DNA from: an uncultured Chloroflexia bacterium
Lineage (GTDB): Bacteria; Chloroflexota; Anaerolineae; Anaerolineales; Anaerolineaceae
Length of the DNA: 64,000 nt
Reading direction: 5' to 3'
Assembly: GCA_963828855.1 (NCBI GenBank)
Contig: CAWHGB010000003.1
Location: 19,457-83,456, forward strand
Of this stretch, positions 49,075 through 57,973 are shown piece by piece. How positions within the stretch are numbered: position 1 is the first letter of the stretch; each line of letters begins with the position of its first letter. The notes beneath the pieces are model-generated. The model worked only from the letters and a program-made list of their open reading frames with translations. It ran no database searches and was not told where the DNA came from. Both the position numbers and the translations under genes were made by a program.

Positions 49075-49907
49075 TTTCCCTGCAGTAAATTTCCGTCAAG
49101 ACAGCCCATTCCGGGATGGATAGCGTTTCCGCGCGGCGCTGCGGGTCGATCCCTGCTTGCTTGAGTAATGTCCTCTGCCCGCGATGTGGGAATCTTCATC
49201 CCCCCCGAAATTGAATTCCGCAGGGTTTTCCGCTTTTGGGAGAAACCAGCTTTTGCCAGGACAAAGAATTCTCCCAGCCGGGATAACGGAACCACGGGTT
49301 CGGGGAAGAGCTCAATCCGCAGGACGGCTGAATCCACCTCGGGTACCGGGTAAAACGCCGCTGCAGGGATCCGAAATATTTTCTCCGGCTTTCCATAGAC
49401 CTGGACGCCCAGCGCGAGCAGATTCATCTCACCCGGTTCAGCGCAGATCCGTTCGGCTACTTCCTCCTGGACGGTCAACACCACACGGGCCGGTTTCATG
49501 GGTGCTTCCAGAAGGTGGCGGATGACTGCCGAGGTGATGTAATATGGAATATTGGCGACGACCAGGTAACGCTGGCTGCCCACAAGGGCGCCGGGTTCGA
49601 GTTTGAGGATATCGCCCTCGATAATCTCAGCATTCGCGAAAGGCTTCATGACCTTCCGAAGAATGTGCAGCAGCCGGGTGTCAATTTCCACCGCTGCTAC
49701 GCGTCTTGCGCAAACTGCCAGCTCACGCGTCAGGCTACCCAGACCTGCGCCGATCTCCAGCACTTCGTCTTTATCAGAAACCCCAGCGATGCGTACGATC
49801 TCCCGAAGAACTTCCTGGTCACAGAGGAAATTCTGCCCCAAGCGCTTCCTGGCGTGCAGGTTGTTCTCATGGAGCAGCTCACGGGGGTCGATGGGCGGGA
49901 GGGTCAT
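49061..49907 (-). CDS. rsmA: 16S rRNA (adenine1518/1519-N6)-dimethyltransferase; apparent frameshift near 49158
   Basis: KRLGQNFL, VLEIGAGLGSLT and NIPYYI motifs. The native-looking C-terminus AGIDPQRRAETLSIPEWAVLTEIY...* appears in a shifted frame ending at 49061. The track ORF ends at 49035. Confidence 0.85.
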
Positions 49908-51280
49908 GGCAGGATCCAGGGGATCGTTTTCGGTACGGGGGTGAGGAAATACACGGTCACGTAGGAGGACCAGGGTACATAGGCGTCATCGGTATAGGCA
50001 AGGTCGATCCAGTCCTTGCCCGGAATTCCGCCGCCGATATCGCCGATCACCCCGGTTCCGTAGCCGGGGACATAGAGTTTTTGGCCGACCATCCAGCTAT
50101 ACCAGGCACGGGTCACCCCAATGGTGCCCTGTGCCACCGGCATCCCGGAGGAGGTCCCGTTCAGGCATTTCGAAACGCCAGAGCGGCAGGGTGAGTAGGA
50201 GGTTGCATAGACGTTGACTGCCCGCCAGTATTCCACGGGACCATTGGGGGTATCCAGCGTGCGGATCTTGATCTTGGTTCCATATCCGCGCTGCTCGGGG
50301 ATGGGATCCTGCACCGTCCATTTTGCATCCACCGCGCGTGTGATCTCCATCCCATCCTCAAAACGCACGCGGAACCTCTCTGCCTGGATGCCCTGCTGTC
50401 CGGCGGAAACAATGGATTGCTTATCCAACTCGGTGTTGGGGTCTTCGATATATTTCACTGTGAAGGGCAAAAAAGTCTGGTTGATGGGGACCTCTTCGCG
50501 TACGCGAACCACTTTGATCTTTCCATCCTGGGGCAGAGGGCTATCTGGAGAGGGAAGGGAGTAATCCATCCCCTGAAGGGAGAAACCGGATTGCGCCAGC
50601 GCTTCGCCCACGGTCGGTCCGGCAGCCAGGGTGGGTGTTTCCAAGCCACCGGAGGTGATGGTGAGCGGTCTGGCACGCTGCAGGTCGACCTGCAAAGGGG
50701 CGTCTAGCGGGGTATCAAGAGGTGTGGAGACATTATCCGCCAGGGTCAACTGGTACCCATGCTCGGCGAGTGCTTCGCCCAGGGTTGGCGCACTGGATGA
50801 AAAAGTGTTGGTGGCATCGTTCTCGGTTACTTTCAGGGAGAACGCACGCCGGAAAACCAAGGTACCGACACCGGTACGGTCGGAGGGTCCCAAGGGCCGC
50901 AAACCCTGCCAAAGGCTATCCCCAGGGAAGAGCAGCAGCCCGGCTGCGGACGCAACTCCACCTGCAAAGGGAATACAGGTGGAAGCATTGAGCTGTGTGT
51001 TGCCTGGCTGGGCGAGAATCGGGATGTTTCGTAGGAACTCCAGCTTGATCAGATTCTTTGGGTTGGCGAGCGAATTTGCGTCTGGTTGGATGCAATCGAG
51101 ATCGGTAATTGATGCCCCTGCAGCTCGGAGAACACCTCCGCTGGTTAGAGCAGACGAAATGACCTTTGAACGTATCCCATCAATCTGCACTGTGAATTCC
51201 CGGCGTAAACCGAAAAAGATCAGACCCGTGCCTATGGCAATGAGGAGGATTGAAATCCCAAATGGTATAAACTTTTTCAT
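49904..51280 (-). CDS. YabE-like cell-wall protein (DUF348 repeats + G5 + 3D domain)
   Basis: 458 aa with an N-terminal TM helix, a G5-like middle section and a C-terminal 3D-type motif (...GTIGVTRAWYSWMVGQKLYVPGYG.GVIGDIGGGI). It sits next to rsmA, as yabE does in Bacillus. Confidence 0.7.
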   Translation of the reverse strand: MKKFIPFGISILLIAIGTGLIFFGLRREFTVQIDGIRSKVISSALTSGGVLRAAGASITDLDCIQPDANSLANPKNLIKLEFLRNIPILAQPGNTQLNASTCIPFAGGVASAAGLLLFPGDSLWQGLRPLGPSDRTGVGTLVFRRAFSLKVTENDATNTFSSSAPTLGEALAEHGYQLTLADNVSTPLDTPLDAPLQVDLQRARPLTITSGGLETPTLAAGPTVGEALAQSGFSLQGMDYSLPSPDSPLPQDGKIKVVRVREEVPINQTFLPFTVKYIEDPNTELDKQSIVSAGQQGIQAERFRVRFEDGMEITRAVDAKWTVQDPIPEQRGYGTKIKIRTLDTPNGPVEYWRAVNVYATSYSPCRSGVSKCLNGTSSGMPVAQGTIGVTRAWYSWMVGQKLYVPGYGTGVIGDIGGGIPGKDWIDLAYTDDAYVPWSSYVTVYFLTPVPKTIPWILP

Positions 51281-51562
51281 CCAAAAGAATTCTAACAGGA
51301 AAAAATGAGAACAAATTTAAAAACAAAGAAGAGTAGATAACCCGGAATGTTTTACTTGTTGGATCATCTCCAAAGTTTACTGCTGTTTATGAGTAGAAGT
51401 GGTCAAATACTCGATTGAAATTCTCATGCAAACCTCATAACCGCGTGGTAATGTAAATGTAATGGTGGTGCGCACGAAAGCGGAGTGCAAACGGGTAGGA
51501 TCGGTATAGTGGGAACGCAATAACAAGGTTCCCAAAATTTACCCCCCCAACCATCAGAAGGT

Positions 51563-51600
51563 AAAACCCCCGGATTTTTCTTCCGGGGGTTTTATTGTTG
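51563..51600 (+). terminator. Orphan intrinsic-terminator-like hairpin in a divergent intergenic region
   Basis: aaaacccccgga-tttttct-tccgggggttttattgtt forms a 12-bp stem. No gene on either strand ends here. Confidence 0.5.
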
Positions 51601-51766
51601 TTGAAGGCGAATGATTAGGCTCGGAGAGGGACAATGAGTGTTAATAATGAGGGATTCAAAATTTTAGGATGAACCTTGATGACTTCGGATGAAACCCACG
51701 TTCGAGAGAGTAAACCATAGCCATTTATAATCAGGCTATCTTCTCGATTTTGAATGAGGAAAACGC

Positions 51767-52336
51767 ATGAACCAAAAACAGAATAAAACGATCATCATTA
51801 TCCTCGTTGTCCTACTGCTGGTTCTTGCGGGTGGGTTGATCTATTCGATCCTTTCGACGAATTCAAAGGTCGCATCCTTGAATTACGTCATTTATTACCA
51901 AGGAGAAGAAGGGAAAAAGGAAAAAGCGGAATTGACCGCAACTCTGACTGCGCTGGAAACCTCGATCAATGAATCCGAAAACAAGTACGACGACTTGAAC
52001 AAAAAATACCAGGAAACTCTCAAGCAATTATCCATTGTCAGCGATAAGGTATCCACGATGAGTACACGATTAATGTGCCCAAGCGCGATCCCAAGCGTGG
52101 ATTATACAAATGACAATACCGTTTCAGCGGCACTCAAAGAATACACATCGGACTACAAGGCGACTGATGATCATTATGAAGCTGTACTGAAAAACGCGAA
52201 GATCTCATACCATAACCTTAAATCAAACCGAACCCAGTCATTCTTCATTGTTTTCTTTGAGGATAAAACGAATGGACGGGTGAACGGTGTCTTTGATGTT
52301 TTGGGTCAATGCTGGGTTAATTTGGATAATAAATAG
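51767..52336 (+). CDS. Membrane-anchored hypothetical protein with a coiled-coil segment (low-GC gene)
   Basis: 189 aa with an N-terminal TM helix and Lys/Glu-rich helical sequence. Its GC content is visibly lower than the flanks. Confidence 0.55.
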   Translation: MNQKQNKTIIIILVVLLLVLAGGLIYSILSTNSKVASLNYVIYYQGEEGKKEKAELTATLTALETSINESENKYDDLNKKYQETLKQLSIVSDKVSTMSTRLMCPSAIPSVDYTNDNTVSAALKEYTSDYKATDDHYEAVLKNAKISYHNLKSNRTQSFFIVFFEDKTNGRVNGVFDVLGQCWVNLDNK

Positions 52337-52370
52337 ACTCTGAAAAATCGTGAATAACTTATTTTGAATT

Positions 52371-52985
52371 TTATATTGGCTCGCAGCGCATCGCCCAAAT
52401 ATGCGGACTTTTTTTATTAGCTTGACCGCTCTCGATAATCGAAAAACCGTTTCGAATATAAAATGCTAGATTCTTTTTATTATATGTATCCAGGTAACAT
52501 GGAAGGCTCTCGCGGGTAGCCTGCTCCAGGATGGGTTGGAGAAGAATGCTTCCAACACCCTGACCCTGCATTAAAGGATCAACCGCTAACTCATATAAGT
52601 ACCAATGCCGACCAACGACATTTTTCTTATGGAGTTTTTCCGCAAAGGAAGCCATTCTTGAACTTCGAATAAACTCGCGCCAGTTCAGTTTTTCCGGCAA
52701 CCGAAATAGACCTGTACGGAGGATACCCGGCAGAGATAGACCAGGTAGTTGGGGTCCTAACCAAATAGCCACCCCTTCCAAAGCCGCAGTGGTATAAACT
52801 TTTCCGTAGAGGATCCCATAAAGGGTGATCTTCTCAAAGAGCCAGGAGAGTGTGATGTGTCGCCTGATTGTATCGGGAATCATAAAGGTAAAAAATGGAT
52901 CGTTTTGAAAGGCAGCTGCAACCAGCTTTGCAGCTGGTTTCAATTCTGATATTTTTAAAAGGATGGCATTCTTTTTAGGTTGCAA
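52371..52985 (-). CDS. GNAT-family N-acetyltransferase (low-GC gene)
   Basis: 204 aa with the motif MQGQGVGSILLQPIL. Confidence 0.7.
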   Translation of the reverse strand: MQPKKNAILLKISELKPAAKLVAAAFQNDPFFTFMIPDTIRRHITLSWLFEKITLYGILYGKVYTTAALEGVAIWLGPQLPGLSLPGILRTGLFRLPEKLNWREFIRSSRMASFAEKLHKKNVVGRHWYLYELAVDPLMQGQGVGSILLQPILEQATRESLPCYLDTYNKKNLAFYIRNGFSIIESGQANKKSPHIWAMRCEPI

Positions 52986-53085
52986 TCCGATCCCGCACTT
53001 TCTTTATAATGCAAAAAGAAAAATAATTGGATTGTTCGTTCTTGAGATTCACGGTTATTCTATCAGGTGAACCTTAAGGGAAGAT

Positions 53086-53578
53086 AAAAAAAACACCTCC
53101 GGTGGGAGGTGGAGTGCCGAGACACAGGATCGAACTGCATGCACTTTATGCACCGCAATTTTTGCGGTTGTTGCACGCGTGCCCAAAAAAACACCTCCGG
53201 TGTGGAGGTGGAGTGCCGAGACACAGGATCGAACTGCATGCACTTTATGCACCGCAATTTTTGCGGTTGTTGCACGCGTGCCCAAAAAAACACCTCCGGT
53301 GTGGAGGTGGAGTGCCGAGACACAGGATCGAACTGCATGCACTTTATGCACCGCAATTTTTGGTGAACTTCCACGCGTGCTCCTAAAAAAACACCTCCGG
53401 TGTGGAGGTGGAGTGCCGAGACACAGGATCGAACTGCATGCACTTTATGCACCGCAATTTTTGGTGAATCCACGCGTGCTCAAAAAAACACCTCCGGTGT
53501 GGAGGTGGAGTGCCGAGACACAGAATCAAACATGCACTTTATCACCGCAATTTTTGCGGTTGTTGCACGCGTGCCCCT
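53086..53578 (-). repeat. Five tandem ~100-bp tRNA-Phe-derived units, each ending in a copy of the tRNA terminator
   Basis: Unit starts (+ coordinates) are 53086, 53185, 53284, 53385 and 53482, giving a period of 96-102 bp. See the first finding for the alignment. All track ORFs in 53055-53692 are repeat artefacts. Confidence 0.9.
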
Positions 53579-53607
53579 AAAAAAACACCTCCGGTGTGGA
53601 GGTGGAG
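53579..53607 (-). terminator. Intrinsic terminator of tRNA-Phe
   Basis: Minus strand CACCTCC-ACACC-GGAGGTG followed by T7, starting 6 nt after the tRNA discriminator base. Confidence 0.8.
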
Positions 53608-53680
53608 TGCCGAGACACAGGATCGAACTGTGGACACCGCAATTTTCAGTCGCGTGCTCTACCAACTGAGCTATCTCGGC
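53608..53680 (-). tRNA. tRNA-Phe (anticodon GAA)
   Basis: Hand fold: acceptor GCCGAGA/TCTCGGC, D arm GCTC-AGTTGGTA-GAGC, anticodon arm CGCGA-CTGAAAA-TTGCG, variable loop GTGTC, T arm CACAG-TTCGATC-CTGTG, discriminator A. The CCA is not encoded. Confidence 0.9.
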
Positions 53681-53691
53681 AATCGGGCATG

Positions 53692-53720
53692 ATTTTACCT
53701 GCCTGCGCGGAATCCGTCAA
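53692..53720 (-). promoter_or_regulatory. Sigma70-type promoter of tRNA-Phe
   Basis: Minus strand TTGACG-17 nt-TAAAAT, ending 11 nt before the tRNA 5' end. Confidence 0.6.
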
Positions 53721-53787
53721 GAATAATCCAGAGATCACACAACCAATAGGGTATTCAGGTGTTATTATATGCATAATGGCCCGATTT

Positions 53788-53810
53788 GGAGAATTTATTA
53801 TAAATTCTCC
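53788..53810. promoter_or_regulatory. Perfect 10-bp inverted repeat (candidate operator) upstream of the glsB-like gene
   Basis: ggagaattta-tta-taaattctcc, located 37 nt upstream of the ATG at 53847. Confidence 0.4.
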
Positions 53811-53846
53811 CACCGGATGTGTCCTTAAACTCAATAGGAGGTAAGA

Positions 53847-54110
53847 ATGGATGTAATGGGTTTATTAAGTTGGGTAGTTTTAGGTGGTCTTGCCGGTTGG
53901 CTTGCCAGTATCGTAACCAAACGCAATGATCGCATGGGCTGCATCACCAATATCATCGCTGGTATAGTGGGTGCTGCGGTTGGCGGCTGGGTATTCAGCC
54001 TTTTCGGTGGTTCAGGCGTAACAGGCTTCAATCTGCCAAGCCTGCTCGTCGCGTTTGTCGGCGCGGTGATCGTGCTTGCGATCGTGAACTTTTTCACCCG
54101 CAAGAAATAA
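53847..54110 (+). CDS. GlsB/YeaQ/YmgE-family stress-response membrane protein
   Basis: 87 aa. ...WVVLGGLAGWLASIV....MGCITNIIAGIVGAAVGGWVF matches the family pattern. Confidence 0.8.
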   Translation: MDVMGLLSWVVLGGLAGWLASIVTKRNDRMGCITNIIAGIVGAAVGGWVFSLFGGSGVTGFNLPSLLVAFVGAVIVLAIVNFFTRKK

Positions 54111-54134
54111 TCCAAATATTTTCGTAGGAAAGCC

Positions 54135-54168
54135 AAACGAAGTGTGGAAAAACCACGCTTCGTTTTTT
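54135..54168. terminator. Intrinsic terminator between convergent genes
   Basis: aaacgaagtgtgg-aaaaa-ccacgcttcgtttttt. Confidence 0.75.
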
Positions 54169-54217
54169 AAATAGGGCTAATAACAATTATTTATGACCAG
54201 GATGTGGTCAAGCCTGT

Positions 54218-55478
54218 ACGTCAAGTTCGTTATTTTGGATTTTAGTCTTGGGCAGCAGCAGAAGGCTTGCGACCGTACAGACTGCGGCGAAAATGAACAT
54301 ACCTTTATAACCGTACCAGGCACCCTGGCTGGCATTATTAAAAAGTCGATCCCCGGGCCTTCCAGGCGCGCCAGGGCACCAGCCCCGGCGGTTGCTAAAT
54401 TTGTCAGACCCATGTACTTGCCGCTCTCGGCTTTGGGTGCCAGACGGTTCGCCATTGCCCAGTTGGCGGTGAGGAAGAAACCCATCCCAGCGCCGATCAG
54501 CACCCCCAGCCAGGTGAGAAGTTGAACATCATGGACGGTGAGCAACAGGATGTAACCAGTAGTAACCAGCACACCTGCGGTGATAGTCATGACAACCGAA
54601 CCAAACTTATCGGTCAACCACCCGCCAGCCAATGCGGTGACCACCAGCAGGACTCCCAGCGTGGCGGTCAGGTTGCCGGTGGTCTTGGCTGCATCCGGTG
54701 CCTGTAAAAAATCCTGGACGTAATAAAAAATGAAGGATTGCAGAGCATAAATCCCCACCAGGAAAAGCAGACGGTGAGCAATCATCCAAAAAAACTGTTT
54801 ATTCCCGCGTACATCCACCCGCAGTTGCGCGCGCAGGGGCGGTGGGCTGGTTTTTGGTCCATCGCCGGTGGAGGGTTTTTCCTTTGCCCAGATCAATGTG
54901 ATCGCGGTGAAAACCGCCAGCACAACGATAATGACCAGGAGCACTGCATCCACATTCTCGTTTCGGGGCCCCAGCATGTTTCCCACTACCAGCGAGGCGA
55001 TGATGATCCCGCTCATATCCATGAAGTTCTTGATCCCGCTGGCCTTGCCGATCTTTTCCTGTGGGATGAGATCTGGCAGCAATCCCTGGGCGGGACCGTG
55101 TGCAATATTCGAGGTGACCTGCAACCCAAGATACCCGATGAAAACCCACTCCAAACCACCCGCCCATCCAAGCAGGAAAAGGAAGACAAAATCAAACAGG
55201 GTACCGATCAGAATCAGGGGACGCCTTCTCCCCCACCTGGAGCGCCAATTGTCGCTGATCGCCCCGCTGATGGGTTGCAGCAGCATGGCAACGATCAGCC
55301 CGAAGAAGGTCAACGCGCCGAGGTATGTGTTCTTCAAGCCTTCGGGAGTGAAGCGGAGCAGGATCACCGGTAGAAGGATCACGTGCAATGAGTTCCACAT
55401 AAAGGAAAGCCCCACCCAGTAGGTGTTGACCGAGAGCATCCTGACCCAGATTTGGGGCTGTTTTGGCTCGTTCATCAT
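54218..55478 (-). CDS. MFS transporter; apparent frameshift in the homopolymer near 54342
   Basis: The ATG at 55478 follows aggaga. About 12 TM segments. After ...LEGPGIDF the native-looking tail NNASQGAWYGYKGMFIFAAVCTVASLLLLPKTKIQNNELDVQA* lies in a shifted frame ending at 54218. The track ORF ends at 54177. Confidence 0.75.
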
Positions 55479-55544
55479 TTGTCTCCTACGGATCACATTC
55501 AGATTCTCATTTTATAAAAGAAAGGATTGACAGGCAAGCGGTGA

Positions 55545-56993
55545 TCAAAATGGACCATATCCGATCGCTACCGCGATCCCGAGGAAGATCACCGTCGCCA
55601 GGATAACCCACAGCCACAATTTTATTGTCCAGCGGAACCATTTTGGATAACTGACCACAGTCAAACCCAAACTTATCAGCAAAACGGGGTTGGTGGGATA
55701 GGCCATATTCGAGAAGCCATCGCCAAAGATATAGGCAAGCACTGCGGTCTGGCGGGTGAGGCCGACCAGATCAGCCAGGGGGAGGATGATGGGCATGAGC
55801 AGGAATGCTTTGGCCGAGCCGGAACCGATGAAAAACTCCACCCCGAGTGCCAGAAGATAGATCACAATGGCAGCCGGCATCGCACCCAGGTTCGAAAGAG
55901 GCGCTGCCGCAGCGTGCAGGATGGTATCCGTCACCTCGCCGCTATCCAGGATGAAGCGGATACTTGATGCCATCAGGATGAGCGGTACTGCCGGAAGCAA
56001 ACCGATCACCCCGTCCTTCAGCCCGCTCAAAACTGTCTTTCCGCCAGCCCCGGAGAGGAACCCGGCTCCCAGGCCACCGATCAGGAAGAGGATCCCCACC
56101 AGCGGGAGTGAAAAATCTGAAATGGCTGGGATAAAGGGTGCCAGCAGCATATCCGCCAGGATCAGCAGTACGAACACACCGAAGAAGGTCATGGCGCGGT
56201 TCTGCCTGGGGTCTGGGGTGCTTAGCGGCATATCCTTTAAATCATGTTTAACCCTCTCCGCTTGATCTTCTTTATAAACCAACGAATTCTTTGGATCGCG
56301 GTCTATCTTTTTTGCATAAACGTAAAGGAAGCTGGTGAAGATTAAATAAATGACCGCGAAGATGATCACGTGCAACCAGGCTCCGGAGAATATGGGCAGC
56401 CCGGCGAGCTGTTGGGCCACCCCAAGGGTGAAGGGATTGGAGATTGCCGCAGAAAAACCCATGTTGGTGGCCAGCACCGAGAGACCCAATCCGACCAGCG
56501 CGTCCCAACCGAGCGAATAGGAAAAAGCGATCATCACCGGAACCAGCAGGATAACTTCTTCAAAGATGCCCAGGGTTGCCCCGAGCAACATGAACGCCAA
56601 CGCCACCATCCAGAGCAACAGGTATTTCCGCCCACGAAAGCGGTTGATCACCCGTGCGATGAACGCCTTCAGTGTCCCGGTTTTATCCAGCACCGCAAAT
56701 GCGCCGCCTGCGAAGAAGAGTACGACGATGATCACGATGATGGTCGTCCCCGCCTGGCTTCCCAGCACCTGGATGGGAGCCAGGAACCACTGCCAGACCG
56801 GGTAATCCGGCTTGGGGACATATTGGAAGGAGCCCGGGTCTATGGTCATCCGGCCATCTACCTGGCTGTAGCTGAATTGACCGGAGGGCAAAACCAGGGT
56901 TAGGATCCCTGCGATCATCATCAGGACGAGCAGGATGACGAGAGACTGGATGAATGCCTTGCGACTGATCTGGGCACCGGATTTTTGATTCAT
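55545..56993 (-). CDS. YfcC/DcuC-like (C4-dicarboxylate anaerobic carrier family) membrane transporter
   Basis: Polytopic protein. The N-terminus ...ISRKAFIQSLVILLVLMMIAGILTLVLP and its length fit the YfcC family. The start is taken at the Met at 56993. Confidence 0.65.
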   Translation of the reverse strand: MNQKSGAQISRKAFIQSLVILLVLMMIAGILTLVLPSGQFSYSQVDGRMTIDPGSFQYVPKPDYPVWQWFLAPIQVLGSQAGTTIIVIIVVLFFAGGAFAVLDKTGTLKAFIARVINRFRGRKYLLLWMVALAFMLLGATLGIFEEVILLVPVMIAFSYSLGWDALVGLGLSVLATNMGFSAAISNPFTLGVAQQLAGLPIFSGAWLHVIIFAVIYLIFTSFLYVYAKKIDRDPKNSLVYKEDQAERVKHDLKDMPLSTPDPRQNRAMTFFGVFVLLILADMLLAPFIPAISDFSLPLVGILFLIGGLGAGFLSGAGGKTVLSGLKDGVIGLLPAVPLILMASSIRFILDSGEVTDTILHAAAAPLSNLGAMPAAIVIYLLALGVEFFIGSGSAKAFLLMPIILPLADLVGLTRQTAVLAYIFGDGFSNMAYPTNPVLLISLGLTVVSYPKWFRWTIKLWLWVILATVIFLGIAVAIGYGPF

Positions 56994-57095
56994 GAAGTAA
57001 ATCCCTTCCGCGAGGTGTTTTATATACCAAACCTGCCAGTCAATTTCTGACAAGCTCGATCAGGATCAACATTGTTTTGTTTTTCGTACTGGAAT

Positions 57096-57910
57096 TTATT
57101 TGTTGCAGGGTTCTTTTTTGCTGGCGGTGGTGTGGTTCTCCTGGTCTGGTGAATATTGTCCTGCCATATGCCGGGGGAGCAGGGTGGCGATGCGTTTCAT
57201 CACGATGCGGCTTGCTTCTTCCGGGTTCTCTACGGATAAATTGATTATAGAGCAAAGTTCAAACGGAGCACCGAAATTTAGGTGGAGTGCATCCCCTTCT
57301 TCATATATTCCCACCGGTAATATTGGTCCCAGGCGACAGGATAGCTCTGACAGGAATTTCCCACTGCCCGCAGGCGGTTCGCCCAGCACCCCGCCGGGGA
57401 AATCCCGACCCTCGGGAGCAAGCGCGATGAGTGCTTGGGGATCAACCTTGATATATTGGAACACATTCCGGATGGCTGCGGTTCGCGCAGGCTGATCGGC
57501 TGCGTCGAGAGGCATAGGCGGAAAAAGGGTGAACCCTACACCCGGGCGATTTGACAGAAGACCCATTCGGATATTTTCTGGAGCTGCTTTGAAAAAGGCC
57601 TGCCTAAAAAGGTCCAAGCCCCGGTCATCACCCAGTGCGTATCGATCGGGATCGGAGCCGCGAGGGAAGTCCGCTGCAAACAGGATGGAAAACCCTTCAG
57701 AGGAGTAATGGTTGAGGACGACCGGCCCGATCCGCTATTAGGTATGAATTCATCTCCATGTATTTCCAAAAGTACACCCATTTTGGAAACGATCTGAACG
57801 CCATCTCGGTGGAATGACCGCTTTCTTCCCGTGATGGCATCCAGACAAAAAGAGATCAGGAATCCATAACTCAGGTGATACATTTCAAACCGAAAACCAA
57901 CCAATCTCAT
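57096..57910 (-). CDS. Acyltransferase (PlsC-like) family protein; apparent frameshift near 57730
   Basis: Track ORFs 57536..58048 (from MRLVGFRF...) and 57096..57617 join at ...IPNSG/PVVLNHYSSEGFSILFAADFPRGSD.. with an NHxxxxG/E-type motif. APEGRDFPGG lies downstream. Confidence 0.55.
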
Positions 57911-57973
57911 CCATAACCCAATTATGTTATACTTTTCAAGATCGAACCAATGTAATTCCCGAGAAGGTGACCC

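Noticed and set aside
51281-51600. c-di-AMP (ydaO-type) riboswitch upstream of the yabE/Rpf-like cell-wall gene, by analogy with rpfA regulation in Actinobacteria
   Set aside because: Read in the yabE (minus) orientation, the terminator hairpin comes first and the structured patch after it. That is the wrong order for a terminator-type riboswitch. I also could not recognise the ydaO consensus elements by eye. It would need cmscan to exclude fully.
53086-53680. CRISPR array, because of the regular ~100-bp periodicity
   Set aside because: Almost the whole unit is repeated, so there are no unique spacers. The conserved part is a tRNA fragment plus terminator. No cas genes are nearby.
53055-53692. 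A set of overlapping ORFs with internally repeated peptides on both strands (for example 53055..53351, 53063..53473, 53179..53580), suggesting a repeat protein
   Set aside because: They are translations of the tRNA-derived tandem DNA repeat. They occur in several frames on both strands, contain the tRNA and terminator sequences, and have no RBS or coding signature.
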